The notes below the pieces were generated by a model. That model had not been told where the DNA came from and made no database searches. It saw only the letters and a program-made list of their open reading frames with translations. Made by a program: the position numbers and the translations under genes. A DNA stretch of 64,000 nucleotides from Octopus sinensis (lineage: Eukaryota): positions 34,286,001-34,350,000 of the forward strand of contig NC_043004.1 of the NCBI RefSeq assembly GCF_006345805.1, in the 5' to 3' direction. This document shows, piece by piece, positions 22,645 to 35,155 of this stretch; positions within the stretch are counted from its first letter, which is position 1, and each line of letters begins with the position of its first letter.

Positions 22645-22860
22645 GCTCGGTCATGTGATGTGGATGGATGCCAAGAGCTCCGTAAAGAAGCACTGATCTC
22701 TCAAAGTGGATGGAACTTGTGGAAGATAGGAGACCCAGAAAGACATGGGATAAAGTACTGAAGGACAATCTCAGGACACTGAACCTTACAGAGGAAACAA
22801 CAAAAGACCCAGATATCTGGTGCCTTGCTTTTACTCAAGAAGACCCATCCTACACCGCAG
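22645..22860 (+). mobile_element. RTE LINE C-terminal fragment
   Basis: WLGHVMWMD...KVDGTCGR / RPRKTWDKVLKDNLRTLNLTEETTKDPDIW. Confidence 0.85.
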
Positions 22861-22867
22861 AAGTGTT

Positions 22868-23275
22868 AATGCTGCTTCTGCTGCTGTTGCTGTTGAGCGA
22901 AGTGGTCTTTGTCCCAGAGCTCGCAAGATCGCGCCTCTGTAGTGGGAGAAGTCCGAAATGTGGTCCTTTGCTATTTGTAAGACCTGCAGAAGAGAAAGCA
23001 GGTCAACCCTCGACACCGAGAGCATTGACGGATGGATGAATGTGCATCCAGGCTCAGCAGTTGCATAGGAAGTCGAGGACAAGAAACAGGAAGAAAGAGT
23101 GAGAGAAAGTTGGGGTGAAAGAGCACAACAGGGGTCGCCACCCCCCCTGCCAGAGCCTCGTGGAGCTTTAGGTGTTTTCGCTCTATAAACACTCATAACA
23201 CCCACTCTGGGAATCGAAACCGCGATCCTCTGACTGCTAGTCCACTGCCCTAACCATTGGGCCATTGCATCTTCA
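22868..23275 (-). mobile_element. SINE-D (tRNA-headed)
   Basis: Minus strand: A box TGGCCCAATGG, B box GGTTTCGATTCC, GC-rich body, (CAG/CAA)n tail. Confidence 0.8.
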
Positions 23276-23309
23276 CTGCTTCTGCTGCTGAAGAGGATTG
23301 ACCTGCAGG

Positions 23310-23535
23310 AATCTTGTGCTGGTGCCATGTAAGAAACACCCAGCACACTCTGTAATGGGGTTGGCATTAGAAATAGCATCCAGCCATGGAAACCAAGCCA
23401 AATCAGACTGGAACTGGGTGCAGTTCTTCTGCTTGCTAGCTGTGGTCAAAATGTCCAACCCATGCTGGTATGGAAAATGGATGTTAAAGGATAATGATGA
23501 CGACGACAATGATGATGATGATGATGATGATGATG
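23310..23535 (+). mobile_element. SINE-B, diverged
   Basis: ggttggcattagaaatagcatccagcc...ccaacccatgctggtatggaaaatggatgttaaa then (GAT)n. Confidence 0.8.
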
Positions 23536-23536
23536 A

Positions 23537-23766
23537 TACTCTTTACTCTCTTTTACTCTTTTACTTGTTTCCGTCATTTGACTGTGGCCATGCTGGAGCA
23601 CCGCCTTTTAGTTGAGCAAATTGACCCCAGGACTTATTCTTTGTAAGCCTACTACTTATTCTATCAGTCTCTTTTGCCAAACCACTAAGTTACGGGGACA
23701 TAAACACACCAGCATCAGTTGTCAAGCGATGTTGGGGGACAAACACAGGCACACAAACACATACAC

Positions 23767-23811
<45 letters not shown>

Positions 23812-23982
23812 CATATATACGACCGGCTTCTTTCAGTTTCCATCTACCAAATCTACTCACAATGCTTTGGTCAGCCTGAGGCTAGAGTAGAAGACACTTG
23901 CCCAAGGTGCCATGCAGTGGGACTGAACCCAAAACCATGTGGTTGGTAAGCAAGCTACTTACCACACAGCCACTTCTACGCC
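23537..23982 (-). mobile_element. SINE-A, full length
   Basis: Tail tactctttactctcttttactc through head ...cacacagccacttctacgcc. Confidence 0.92.
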
Positions 23983-24324
23983 TACATGAGGATGATGATG
24001 ATTAAAGAAATCTTGTTTTCCATAGCACTAGATTTTGTTTTTGTGAAGAAGTAATAACACATCCTAAATCCAGTAAAATCACATCCTCTCTATAGTTATA
24101 TCACTTTTAATTCCATTAATGTCTAATAAGGTAAAACATATTGGTTCGTTAGAGCTAGAACACTAATTAATTCCTTAATATTGAATTTTCTGCATTAAAC
24201 TCTCTGAAACCTGAATGGTGCTTTAGAAAAACAATTTGTTTCTTCTTGACATTAAAGAAATAAGAGATGGAGATCTCTTACAGAATTGATGATAAATGCA
24301 TTTGGTCACAACTTTTTTTGTATG

Positions 24325-24470
24325 ACAGTAATCATCATCATCACCATCATTTAACATCCTCCTTTGCTGCTGGTATGGTTTGGACTATTTGGCGAGAGTT
24401 GGAAAGTCAGAGGACTGCACCAAACTCTATTATCTGATTTGGCATGGTTTCTATGGCTGGATGCCCTTCT
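24325..24470 (-). mobile_element. SINE-B, 3' fragment
   Basis: (CAT)n tail, tttaacatcc, ggtttctatggctggatgcccttc. Confidence 0.7.
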
Positions 24471-25700
24471 TGGGTGGTAGAATTAATCTTAATCTCAGTT
24501 TAACACCTGTACTTGGTTCCCTCAGTGCCTTTTGCTGAGTCTTTTCTGTTGGAAGCATTCAGAACAAGTCTCTGCTTCGAGGACAGTCTTCCACTAATCT
24601 TGGAGGCTCTGTAACCGGTATTGAGCACTGCCTTCATTCCTAGATAAAAAATAACTTTAAAAACAGAATCTGTGTGAACTCCTGTTGTGTGTGTGTGTAA
24701 ACATGCATACATGAATGGATGCATGGTTGTATGTATGTCTATAGCTGTGTATAACAGCATGTTCAGATGTATTCCTTTATGTCAGAAAGGAACTTAGCTG
24801 CTTAGTAAATTGAGATTGATTAAATAAATATCATACTGAATTGATCACTGGTGTTAATATGATTAGCTAAAACCATAGAAGATGGCTAGTGGACTAATCT
24901 TGGGATATTGGGCTTAGATCTTGGGCAGCGGATCATATTTGATGGAGGACTTAAATTATTGAGTGATAGACCTAAATTGTAGCCCAGTGTCATAACCCCA
25001 CCTGCCCTATGAATGTCTCAAGCAGCACTCATGTTTTGCCAAGATCGAGGTCAGTCTTCTTGCCTCCAATCCCATCAGAAGCACTGTAAAATATGATGGC
25101 CACTGCACTTCCTCCCAACAAAGTGACAAAGCAAGTAAGAATAAAAGACTTCTTCAAGGTTTTAATATTACTTTTAACAAAGTGAAACTTCATTACAATT
25201 TCTTTATATTTCTCAACTTGAAATTCTTTTTAAAGAAACGCAAATCATTTCCTTTTCCCACCCCACCCTTCCTACATAGTTTAGCAATCATTTCCATGGC
25301 AAGATATGTTATTATTTAACCATAACTTTATTCACATATAACTGTTGTAAAATCATGTGTTCAAATTTCCATTACAAGGCCTTTTTTTTGTAAATCCTAT
25401 TTCAGGCTTTACAACTTTGAATTCTATGGAATTGGTTATAATTGCTGACAGTACATAGTTGTGCTAGACGTTTTCTGTTTGAAAATGCAGCAATTGAAAT
25501 ATTTTACTTAAAAGACTCGATATCTACTTTGTTGTTATATTGTTTACTTACAACAATAGATCAATGGATTACAGATTGTTTGTGTTTGTACAGCATCCTG
25601 CATATTGTGGATAATTTTATATTCAGGCTGATGAGCAAAATTCTATAATCTCTTTATTAACATCCTCCTTTTTATGGGCTACATATTTACAGGTATTACA

Positions 25701-26072
25701 TCTTTTCTATTTATATGGTAAAATATCGATAAAAATCTGTCTTTTAATGTTAATATTAACAGCATCAATATTTATGTAAACAGAGTGGTGCAGGTATGGC
25801 TGTACGGTAACGAGTTAGCTTTTCAACCACATGGTTCCAGGTTCAGTCCCACTGCATGGCACCTTGGGCAAGTGTCATCTACTACATATTTTCTATTTAT
25901 ATAGTAAAATATCGATAAAAATCTGTCTTTTAACGTTAATATTAACAGCATCAATATTTATGTAAACAGAGTGGTGCAGGTATGGCTGCACGGTAACGAG
26001 TTTGCTTCTCAACCACATGGTTCCAGGTTCAGTCCCACTGCATGGCACCTTGGGCAAGTGTCATCTACTACA
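25701..26072 (+). repeat. 186-bp tandem duplication including a SINE-A head
   Basis: 25701-25886 repeats at 25887-26072 with about 6 mismatches; the SINE continues to ~26165. Confidence 0.92.
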
Positions 26073-26327
26073 ACCTTGTGTCGACCAAAGCCTTTTCAGG
26101 AGATTTGGCTGACGGAAAATGAAAGAAGTCTATCATGTGTGTGTGTGTGTGTATGTGTGTTTTGGTTCTCTATCATTGCTTGCCAACTAGTGTCAGAGTG
26201 TTCACAAAAAAATGAAGTAAGGATGTTAGTCTGCAGAACTGTGACATGGCTTGGTTGTTGTTGGTTTTATTTAGATATTAATGAGATGTTTACCGTTTCT
26301 TTTGAGAATGTGAAGGTTAAACCCTAG

Positions 26328-26529
26328 ATTTGTTAAATGAATGTTTTAATGTTCACAAAAGTAAGAAGGAAGGTTTGAAAGATTTTGGTCAGCATCAAAG
26401 GTAAAAAAACAAAAAAACAAATCTAGGATTTCAGTCCAGTTTTATTTTATTTTTACCTTTGATGCTGACCAAAATCTTTCAAACCTTCCTTCTTACTTTT
26501 GGGAACATTAAAACATTCATTTAACAAAT
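26328..26529. repeat. Inverted repeat, 80-bp arms (MITE-like)
   Basis: 26328-26407 is the reverse complement of 26450-26529 with one mismatch. Confidence 0.92.
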
Positions 26530-26795
26530 TCTTCATACTAATAACAGTGTGACATACTAAAGTGATAATCAACATTCTCTAAGTATAAGAAACATAAAAA
26601 TAAATCATAAATAATATCATTTGAGTCAACCAGACATATGTCACCAGGGTTTTTGTGAGCCCCTAAATACCAATCCCCCAAAAGCTGATATACCAAGAAA
26701 AACATACCTAACTACCAAGGTTTAAACACTGGATTAAACTCAAGGATTTAACCTTTACATTCTCAAAACAAAATATAAACATTTTGTTAATATAT

Positions 26796-26797
<2 letters not shown>

Positions 26798-26843
<46 letters not shown>

Positions 26844-27240
26844 CCATCATCATCGTTTAACATCTGCTTTCCATGCTGGTGTGGGTTGGACGGTTTGACT
26901 GAAGACTGCACCAGGCTTTAATCTGATCTGGCAAGGTTTCTACAGCTGGATGCCCTTCCTAACGCCAACCGGAGAGTGTAGTGGGTGCTTTGTACATCCA
27001 CCAGCATGGGAGCCAGTCAGGCAACACTGGCAATGACCACGCTTGAATGGTGCATTTTACGTGCCACCGTTATGGGAACCAGTCAGGCAATATTGGCACC
27101 GGCCACATTCATATGGTGCATTTTACATGCCACTAGCATGGGTGCCAGTCTGGAGGGACTGGCATCGACTACACTCAAATGGTGCTTTTTATATGCCACC
27201 AGCACGGGTGCCAGTCATGCAGTACTGGCAGTGGCCACAA
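26798..27240 (-). mobile_element. SINE-B with internal tandem units
   Basis: (CAT)n tail, cgtttaacatctgctttccatgctgg, cagctggatgcccttcctaacgccaacc, repeated atggtgc...gtgccac units. Confidence 0.9.
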
Positions 27241-27555
27241 CAATGAGTTAAGTAAATTCAACAACAACCAATCATGTGACAGTTCTGCTGGCTAACAACC
27301 TTACTTCATTGTTTTGTGAAATCCTTTGACCTGAAGATGACACACTTAAACATACACACCTAATTACAAAGCTATACATGCATGAATAAATTCAAGCCAT
27401 TACCACTTCCTCAAATTTAACCGATGAAAATACTCCCTACCATCTTACCACAGCAACCTAACATACAACATCATTATCATTCAAGAGGACACAAATTACC
27501 CTAGAAAATTTTAACTTAACAGAGACTATATAAAGCCAACGTAAACTTAAGTGAT

Positions 27556-27605
27556 TTATAATCTGATGATGGTTTACCTGGCCAAAACTTCGAAGTCACT
27601 GTCAA
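27556..27605 (+). ncRNA. Decayed hammerhead motif (family 8), probable Penelope pLTR remnant
   Basis: CUGAUGA-U-GGU(UUACCUG)GCC-AAAAC-UUCGAA-GUC; palindromic stem III ACUUCGAAGU, GUC triplet, G12A at a CpG; stem I weak. Confidence 0.45.
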
Positions 27606-28303
27606 TACTATTCTTCTTAAAGAATAATATATATATTCTGCATCTGTATCTTAGTTCACAAATAAAGAATGATATTCTTTATTCACCAAATGCAGGGTTA
27701 AGCACTTATTCTCACTTTGCCCCATCGTGTGTGAGTGAGTGTGTGTACATATGTGTGTGCATGCATGAATGTGTGTGTGTATGTGTGTGAGTGAGTGAGT
27801 GTGTGAGTGTGTGAATGTGTACTTATGTGTGTGTGTGTGCATAAAACAGAATCCAAGGAGACTAGTGGTGAGCTGCATGGATGTGTATCATTTGGAAAAA
27901 TTCACAGAAAAAGTCCAGAGAAATTGCTGTCATAAATGGACATTCAACACAGAAGATGCAAAATTCTGCTGTCTTAACCTTGAAGGAGGACATTCTCCAA
28001 CATGTTGGAAACACAGTAAAGAGTATTGTACTCTTTTTGGCCCTTTTTTTCACATAACACTCACATATACATGCTCATACACACAGGTTCTCATAAGTAA
28101 ATGGACATATATGCATACACAAATGCACATATTTACACATAGATATTTGAATGAGACTCAGCTTAACAGTTAGTAAAATTTGCAGATTCCAGTATGTGTG
28201 TGTGTTTCTGTGTGTGTGAGGAGATTTTGTGTGTGTATATATTTTCATGTTGTATCTCTGCTTATATTTACACAGGTCTATAAATCAATGTTTTCATTAT
28301 ATA

Positions 28304-28710
28304 GGCGCAGGAGTGGCTGTGTGGTAAGTAGCTTGCTAACCAACCACATGGTTGCGGGTTCAGTCCCACTGTGTGGCATCTTGGGCAAGTGTCTTCTGCT
28401 ATAGCCCCGGGCCGACCAATGCCTTGTGAGTGGATTTGGTAGACAGAAAATGAAAGAAGCCTGTCGTATATATGTATATATATATATATATATGTGTGTG
28501 TGTTTGTGTGTCTGTGTTTGTCACCCCAAGCATTGCTTGACAACCGATGCTGGTGTGTTTACGTCCCCGTCACTTAGCGGTTTGGCAAAATAGATTGATA
28601 GAATAAGTACTGGGCTTATAAGTCCCGGGGTCGATTTGCTCGACTAAAGGCGGTGCTCCAGCATGGCCGCAGTCAAATGACTGAAACAACTAAAAGAGTA
28701 AAAGAGAGTA
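28304..28710 (+). mobile_element. SINE-A, full length, young
   Basis: ggcgcaggagtggctgtgtgg (A box), gggttcagtcc (B-box-like), CORE-like cttgggcaagtgtctt, internal (TA)n(TG)n, taaaagag tail. Confidence 0.95.
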
Positions 28711-29258
28711 TAGTAACTTATTGTGTCCTGTAATGTAGCCATTCAGTAAAAAGAAATTAATAAATAATTTTCCAGACTGAAATAATTGCTGAGTGAATAT
28801 GTTTGACCAAAACCCTAAAACCAGTAAAATACAAGAATCAAAGAATATATTGACACCAACAGATATCTGAAACGAAGAATTTAGCACAAAGCCGCTAACA
28901 TTTCTCAAAACACCATTTAGTTTTCGTCTCAGATTCCTCTGCACAGGTGATGAGGGATTTCACTTAACAATTTCTATTAACTTAATAATCAGTTTGTATT
29001 CATTTGACATCAGTTTCCAATCTAAAGTCACAGCTCATAATAAAATCTCTCATCATCCCGTTTATACATCAAGTGATTTTTACCTGTCAGCCTTAGTTAA
29101 TTATAGTCTCAGAGCTGATTCATTAAACAGCATGGAACTAGCCAACGAGCAAATTAAAGTCCCTTTATATAAGGCCTTTAATCTCTTAAAGGGTTTTCAG
29201 TCACAGACACTGAATGAAACCAGCAGAGTTTTATGGCGAATACATTGATTAAATAATT

Positions 29259-29516
29259 TTAACACCTTACAGTTGAATCTAACCATGACATTTGAAAACT
29301 GTTTACATTTTAAACTCTTTTGTTGAAATATGCTGCAATTGTTTCAATTAATTTTGAAAATTATGAAGAATTTAGAAAAATTATTTCATCCTAATCAAGC
29401 TGGTATTTGGAAAAGTAAATTTTGATGGAAAGCTTTAATTTAGATTATTTTAAATCATAGAATTTGTATCATAAGTCTAGGGTGGTCTCAGGTGGATTGG
29501 TATTAACAGGAGTGAA
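29259..29516. mobile_element. Diverged piggyBac-type MITE related to 4768-4997
   Basis: aagctggtatttggaaaag...ttttgatggaaagctttaatt resembles the reverse complement of the 4768 element; ends degenerate. Confidence 0.45.
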
Positions 29517-30514
29517 GGTGTACCCTTATTGTCTTTGGAAACAGCATTGTTGTAGTGCACCTGAGCACTGTATACAATGAGTTAATTATAATTACTTTAT
29601 TGCATGATATTTAAAAACAGTGCATATCACATGAGAACTAAAACTTATTAACTATTATACCGAAGAAACCTGCATTTTGGTTGCTAATTAAATGCTAATT
29701 AGTATTGAAGGAGTTTGTTAATGGTGTACATAATAATGTGGATAGAGATTTAAAGAGGACAAATTATTTTCATAATATTGATTACTCTTACCCACATAAG
29801 ATTATAGATTTAGGTGGCAGGAACAGGGGTTTATACTGATCCCAGAACTTGACTGGTATTTTATTTTCCATAACCAAGAATAATGAAAGCAATGTCATCC
29901 TTGGAATAATACCAAGTCAGACCGTGAATGAGTATAGATAAATACTGAAATACTATTCATCAGATTCCGTAGCAATTTGGTCAATCCATAACACACTGAA
30001 TTTTGATAGAATAAGTAGTAACACATCCTGAAATTAAGTCTCCATAAATTCCAGGCTTTAAATTGAAAACAGACGCTATATACACATTTTCATAATAATA
30101 GATCATAAAAAAATATTGATTTTAGGTATTATCGATATTTTTTTTTTTTTTTCTTTTTTTAGTTATTAGTGACTACAAGTCTCAATCTATCGATATATTG
30201 ATATGAGAGAAGTTAGTGGGAATGACAGAAACACTGAATGAAATGCCTGTTCGTATCTAGTTTCATCCCTGTAGAATCTAAGTTCAAATCCTATTTTGAA
30301 GAAAACTTTGCTTTTCATCTTTTGGAGATCGAATAAAAAGTTGCTATTGCTCTTCTTTTCTCTTGACAATCTTGTGATTAAAAGAGATTGTCTTCTTTAG
30401 TGATGCCAATCACCTGCAGCTAACCAATGAATGGTTTATCATTAGGGATACTGTAGAGATGCAATAAACATTATATCTATTTAAATATGATATATGATAT
30501 ATGTGTGGCACATA

Positions 30515-30783
30515 TATATAAGAGAAGAAAATGGATATAATAACAGTGGGAGACTCGTGGATTACGCTGGCATGTCTTTAATTAAATAGGCACCGTAATC
30601 CACAAGTCTCCCATTGTTATTATATCCATTTTTTTCTCTTATATAACCTAAACTCCGGTTTACCAACCGAACCACTTGCTACCGTACAATCTTACAAAAG
30701 ACGGTACCTACCTAGCTAATAGCTAGGGGCGACTTTGGATTTAATTATCCCTTAGAGGTATTAAACCCCTCTAACTTGATACC
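30515..30783. repeat. 52-bp-arm hairpin plus ~135-nt one-sided extension between TA tracts
   Basis: 30515-30566 is inverted at 30594-30645 with a few transitions; 27-nt loop; no HHR core found. Confidence 0.8.
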
Positions 30784-30815
<32 letters not shown>

Positions 30816-31401
30816 TATATATCCCTCTCTCTCTTTCGGAGAGGCACAAACACGTACACATGTACACACACACACACACATACACACACATATATATATA
30901 TATATGAAGACCGTTTGCTCAAGACTGAGGAAGACCTCCACTGACCATTGCCCATGTGAAGTTCCCGCAATGCCCATGCACAGGGTTATTGCACCAGCTC
31001 ATTGACTTCATCTGGGTTCACATCTGCAGCTTCCATACTCATAGCAGTGCTCTCCTATGTGTCTGGGTATCAGATAGTCACCTTACCAATGATTGCACCA
31101 CCTAAAATTTTAGGTTCAATAAAGGTCTTCACAGCACCTCACACACCCCACCCCACCCCTTTTAACATGACCAAGAGACAAACCAAGGCAAGGTATCCAG
31201 TGCCAGTGTCCGTTGCAGTCTCAGGAATGTGGGTGCTTCATGGTCCCCAACATGTTCAATGCCGTTCCCTGCACATCTGAATTTATATCAGAGATATGCT
31301 TTAGCAAAAGCTAAGAGGTACCTCACATCCAGTGGTCTTCCAGCAACTTGAAATCTCTTAAGGCCCATGCTTTTGCTAGGGAGTTGTTGAACCTACAATA
31401 G

Positions 31402-31737
31402 GTGACAAAAGAACATATTTGGCATATTTTGCTTTATGAGTTCTATAAAGGCAATAATGCAACTGAAAGTGAGAGGAATATTAATGCAGAATATGGGGAT
31501 CGGACAATAAGTGTAAGTTAGTGTCAACAGTGGTTCCAGAAATTCTGAGTTGGAAATTACAACCTTATAAATGAGCCTCATCTTGGAAGATCTGTAGAGC
31601 TTGATGAGGATGTCCTGCAAACCCTGGTGGAACAAAATCCCATCGTAACTGCGTAACTGTTGAGGAACTAGAGGAGAAGCTTGGATTTGGTCATTCAACC
31701 ATTCATTGACACCTGTGCACCATCGGAAAAATCAGTT
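31402..31737 (+). mobile_element. mariner-family transposase N-terminal (HTH) fragment, disrupted
   Basis: VTKEHIWHILLYEFYKGNNATESERNINAEYGDRTIS...QWFQKF...NEPHLGRSVELDEDVLQTLVEQNP...EELEEKLG..HSTIH; several stops. Confidence 0.88.
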
Positions 31738-32010
31738 GTCAAGTGATGGGGGAGGGACAAACACAGACACAAAGACACACACACATTAATATATATATAT
31801 ACACACACACACATAGATATATATAAATATATACGACAGGCTTCTTTCACTCTCTATCTACTAAATCCACTCACAGCCTGAGGCTATCGTGGAAGACACT
31901 TGTCCAAAGTGTCATGCAGTGGGACTGAACCCCAAATAATGTGGTTGGGAAGCAAGCTTCTTGCCACATAGCCATGTCTGTGCCTATTCTTACTACACAG
32001 CCATACCTGT
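31735..32010 (-). mobile_element. SINE-A, 5' part, abutting the mariner fragment
   Basis: gttgtcaag...gggacaaacacagacac...gtgggactgaacccc. Confidence 0.85.
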
Positions 32011-32486
32011 ATATAGGACAGATGGACCTATTTTTTTTGTCTTTTTTTTCTGTTTCCTTAACATTCATAAAATCTCAATTAAATATAAGAATTTTCTCAA
32101 CCTTCTCCCTCCTTTGTTTTCATTTCCTTCTCACCAGAGAAGCAGAGGTGGGGGTTAAATTTACAATACTGTCATCTTTTCAAAACATATATCATTCCAT
32201 TTATGAAGTTCAAAATCCTTCGATTTGATGTCACCATAACATACAATGTCTTCTTGGTTTCCCCACCTATCATGAAAACCTTCCAGTGTTAGGACATAGT
32301 TTATTTTCATTGAAGTGCCATATCATACTAATGTTCCCTCAAACCTTCTTCATGTGCCACTTTTAATTCCAACCCAATTTCTTTCCTCTGTTCACCTATA
32401 ATTTATCTTGTAATTTAATATTTTCCACTTAATAGTTTGCCCTCAATTCTCCAATCACTAATAATACTAAGCATTTTATAGTTACC

Positions 32487-32650
32487 TCATCATCATCATT
32501 TACCTTGCAAATTCAATGCTGGCATTGGCGGGGGGCAATTCAGCAGGAGCTGGCAAACTTGAAAACTGCAACAATCTACAATGTTTGCTTTGGCATGTTT
32601 TCTATAACTGGATGCCCTTCCTATTGCCAACCACTTTGCAGAGTGTTACA
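32487..32650 (-). mobile_element. SINE-B, diverged
   Basis: ttctataactggatgcccttcctattgccaaccactt. Confidence 0.6.
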
Positions 32651-33586
32651 TGTAACAAATTGATAATATCTTACTTTTTGCATTTTGGAGATGTACTTGC
32701 ATAGCAAGTGACCTGATCTGAGATCATGTGCTGGAACGAAAACAATTGCAGCGTGGAAGGTGTTTATAAGCCTGGCTTATAAACATCTTCCATGCTGCAA
32801 TTACTTTTTGCATGTTTTCCTGCAACTTGCTCTTCGCTAATAGCAAAGCCATCTGTCACCATCGGAACTTAGAACTCTTTGAATTTACTTCCTTCTTGTT
32901 CTTTCCCTGTGTAAGAACCTCTTATCATAATTTACAAAGGAAAAAATGAATTGCTGTGAAACTCATCTCTACACTATGTAATCTAGAAAAAATTATCTTA
33001 ATAAATTTAATCCTTTAATGAAAATATAGCCATCATGACCCCCTTCAAAATATCTCATTTTGCTGTTGTGTTAGAAATCAATATTCTTTTTTGGTTTTTA
33101 ACATCTGTTTTTGTGTATTGTCCTCATCCATTTTATTCCTCCATGACAGAACTGTTATTGTTTGGTCCATTTTACAACCTATTCTGCTTTCACAGTTGTT
33201 TGGTGATCCTGAATAAGGAGTAAATTATTATATTAATATTAAACTCACTTTCACCTGATCTTACGAGGACTACTCAGCAAATTTGTTTAGTTTGTGTATT
33301 AATATTGGACGTGGTTCTCATAGAAAATATTTCTTTAAGAGCCTCAGTGTATTTATCATTTTCCAGAGAATATTGCTTATTCATAGCTTGAAGAGGTGTT
33401 TTTTTTATTTTTCCCTTGATCAATGCTAATTGATTTTCTTATTGTCAGTTCTCCTCTGTTATCTTATTTATTTATTTATTGTTAGATTTTCTTCATTGCT
33501 GAAACTGTCTATTCTGTATTGATATGTTGTTCTGTTTCGCTATGTGTGGGGTCACAAGTATAGTGAACACTTGTGAGATTCTTGTA

Positions 33587-33587
<1 letters not shown>

Positions 33588-33667
<80 letters not shown>

Positions 33668-33760
33668 CTTATCTGTCTATCTATCTATCTGTCTGTCTAT
33701 CTATCTATCTGTCTGTCTGTCTGTCTGCCTGTCTGTCTGTCTGCCTGCCTGTCTGCCTGC

Positions 33761-33792
<32 letters not shown>

Positions 33793-33856
33793 TTATCTAT
33801 CTATCTATCTACCTATCTATCTACCTACCTGCTTACCTACCTATCTATCTATCTAT

Positions 33857-33891
<35 letters not shown>

Positions 33892-33895
33892 TATA
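33588..33895. repeat. Compound tetranucleotide microsatellite (ATCT)n/(GTCT)n/(GCCT)n/(TA)n
   Basis: Directly visible. Confidence 0.95.
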
Positions 33896-34435
33896 CATAC
33901 TCATGATTTGCATAAATATTTGTCGGTATATGCATGTGCTGTGTGTGTATATATATATATTTATATATATGTTGTTCTATTACTAGTATAATATAATATT
34001 ATATATTTTATATATTCTTTCTAATCCTGCTTTTGCCTTTTTCTTTTGTGATATCCATGTTATGAGGTCTCATCCACTCAAAGTGCATTCCTATCAGTTG
34101 CACCATATTATTTCCGGTGTAATGGATTATATGTTTTACATACAGTTGGTTCTATAACTACACTTTTATTAGTTTCTGGAAACTCAAATTTGTCTGTGTT
34201 AGGATCTTGCCTAATACTTTGTCTGTGCAATCTTTGTATGGAATGTCATATATATATATATATATATATATATATCTGTTATCTCTTGTTTATTACGAAG
34301 CTGCAGAAATTCCCTTGATATATATATTTTTCAGTTTAGTTCTTATCTTAAATGATGGTTTTTCTCTGCTCTGCATTTCTTATAACTCTTTCAAGGTGCA
34401 ATAACTGTGTTGGCTACAACATGGCAGTGTGTGAC

Positions 34436-34479
34436 ATTCATCATCATCATCATCATCATCATCAGCATCGTCGTCGTCG

Positions 34480-34516
<37 letters not shown>

Positions 34517-34677
34517 TATCATCAGCATCGTCATCGTCGTCGTCATCATCATCATCATCATCATCATTATCATCAGCATCGTCATCATCATCAACATCAT
34601 CATCATTATCATCAGCATCGTCGTTGTCGTCATCGTCATCATCATCATCATCATCACCATCATTATCATCAACATCG

Positions 34678-34708
<31 letters not shown>

Positions 34709-34805
34709 CATCAACATCATCGTCGTATTTGTCGTTGTCATTGTTGCTGCCACCACTGCCACCACTGCCGCCACCACCATCATTGTCATCATCATCATCA
34801 TCATC
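34436..34805. repeat. Long interrupted (CAT)n/(CGT)n microsatellite
   Basis: Directly visible; source of poly-His/Met/Ile ORFs; diverged SINE-B 3' end follows at ~34805-34920. Confidence 0.95.
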
Positions 34806-35155
34806 TAATGTCCCATGTTCTGTGTTGGCATGGGTCTGAAGGTTTAACTAGAGCCACTGAATCCAAGGACAACATAATACTCTTCTGCCTGCTTTGGTAT
34901 AATTTTTGTGTTTGAATACCATTTCTAGTCTTAGTAGCAAATATTAGAATGAGGCCTTTGGATAAAGAAGTGGAGAAGGGTTCTGTGCCAATGGTGGTGA
35001 GCATGGATCAATTGGTCCTAAGAAGCAGGTGAAAGCTTCTTTGAGAGGTACCAGATCTATAGGATGATTGATTGATTATATAAGTATAATAATATATGAT
35101 AATATATGATGATATATGATTATGAATATATATATATATATATACATATATATAT

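Noticed and set aside
24502-24634. Possible minus-strand exon (MKAVLNTGYRASKISGRL...)
   Set aside because: Weak donor, unrecognised peptide, no partner exons
27574-27611. Possible minus-strand micro-exon KNSIDSDFEVLA with gtaaac donor
   Set aside because: Overlaps the plus-strand hammerhead remnant, which explains the sequence better
30905-31340. GC-richer ORF-like blocks (also 50050-50620, 57300-57700)
   Set aside because: Probably old retrotransposon fragments, but no diagnostic motif could be identified
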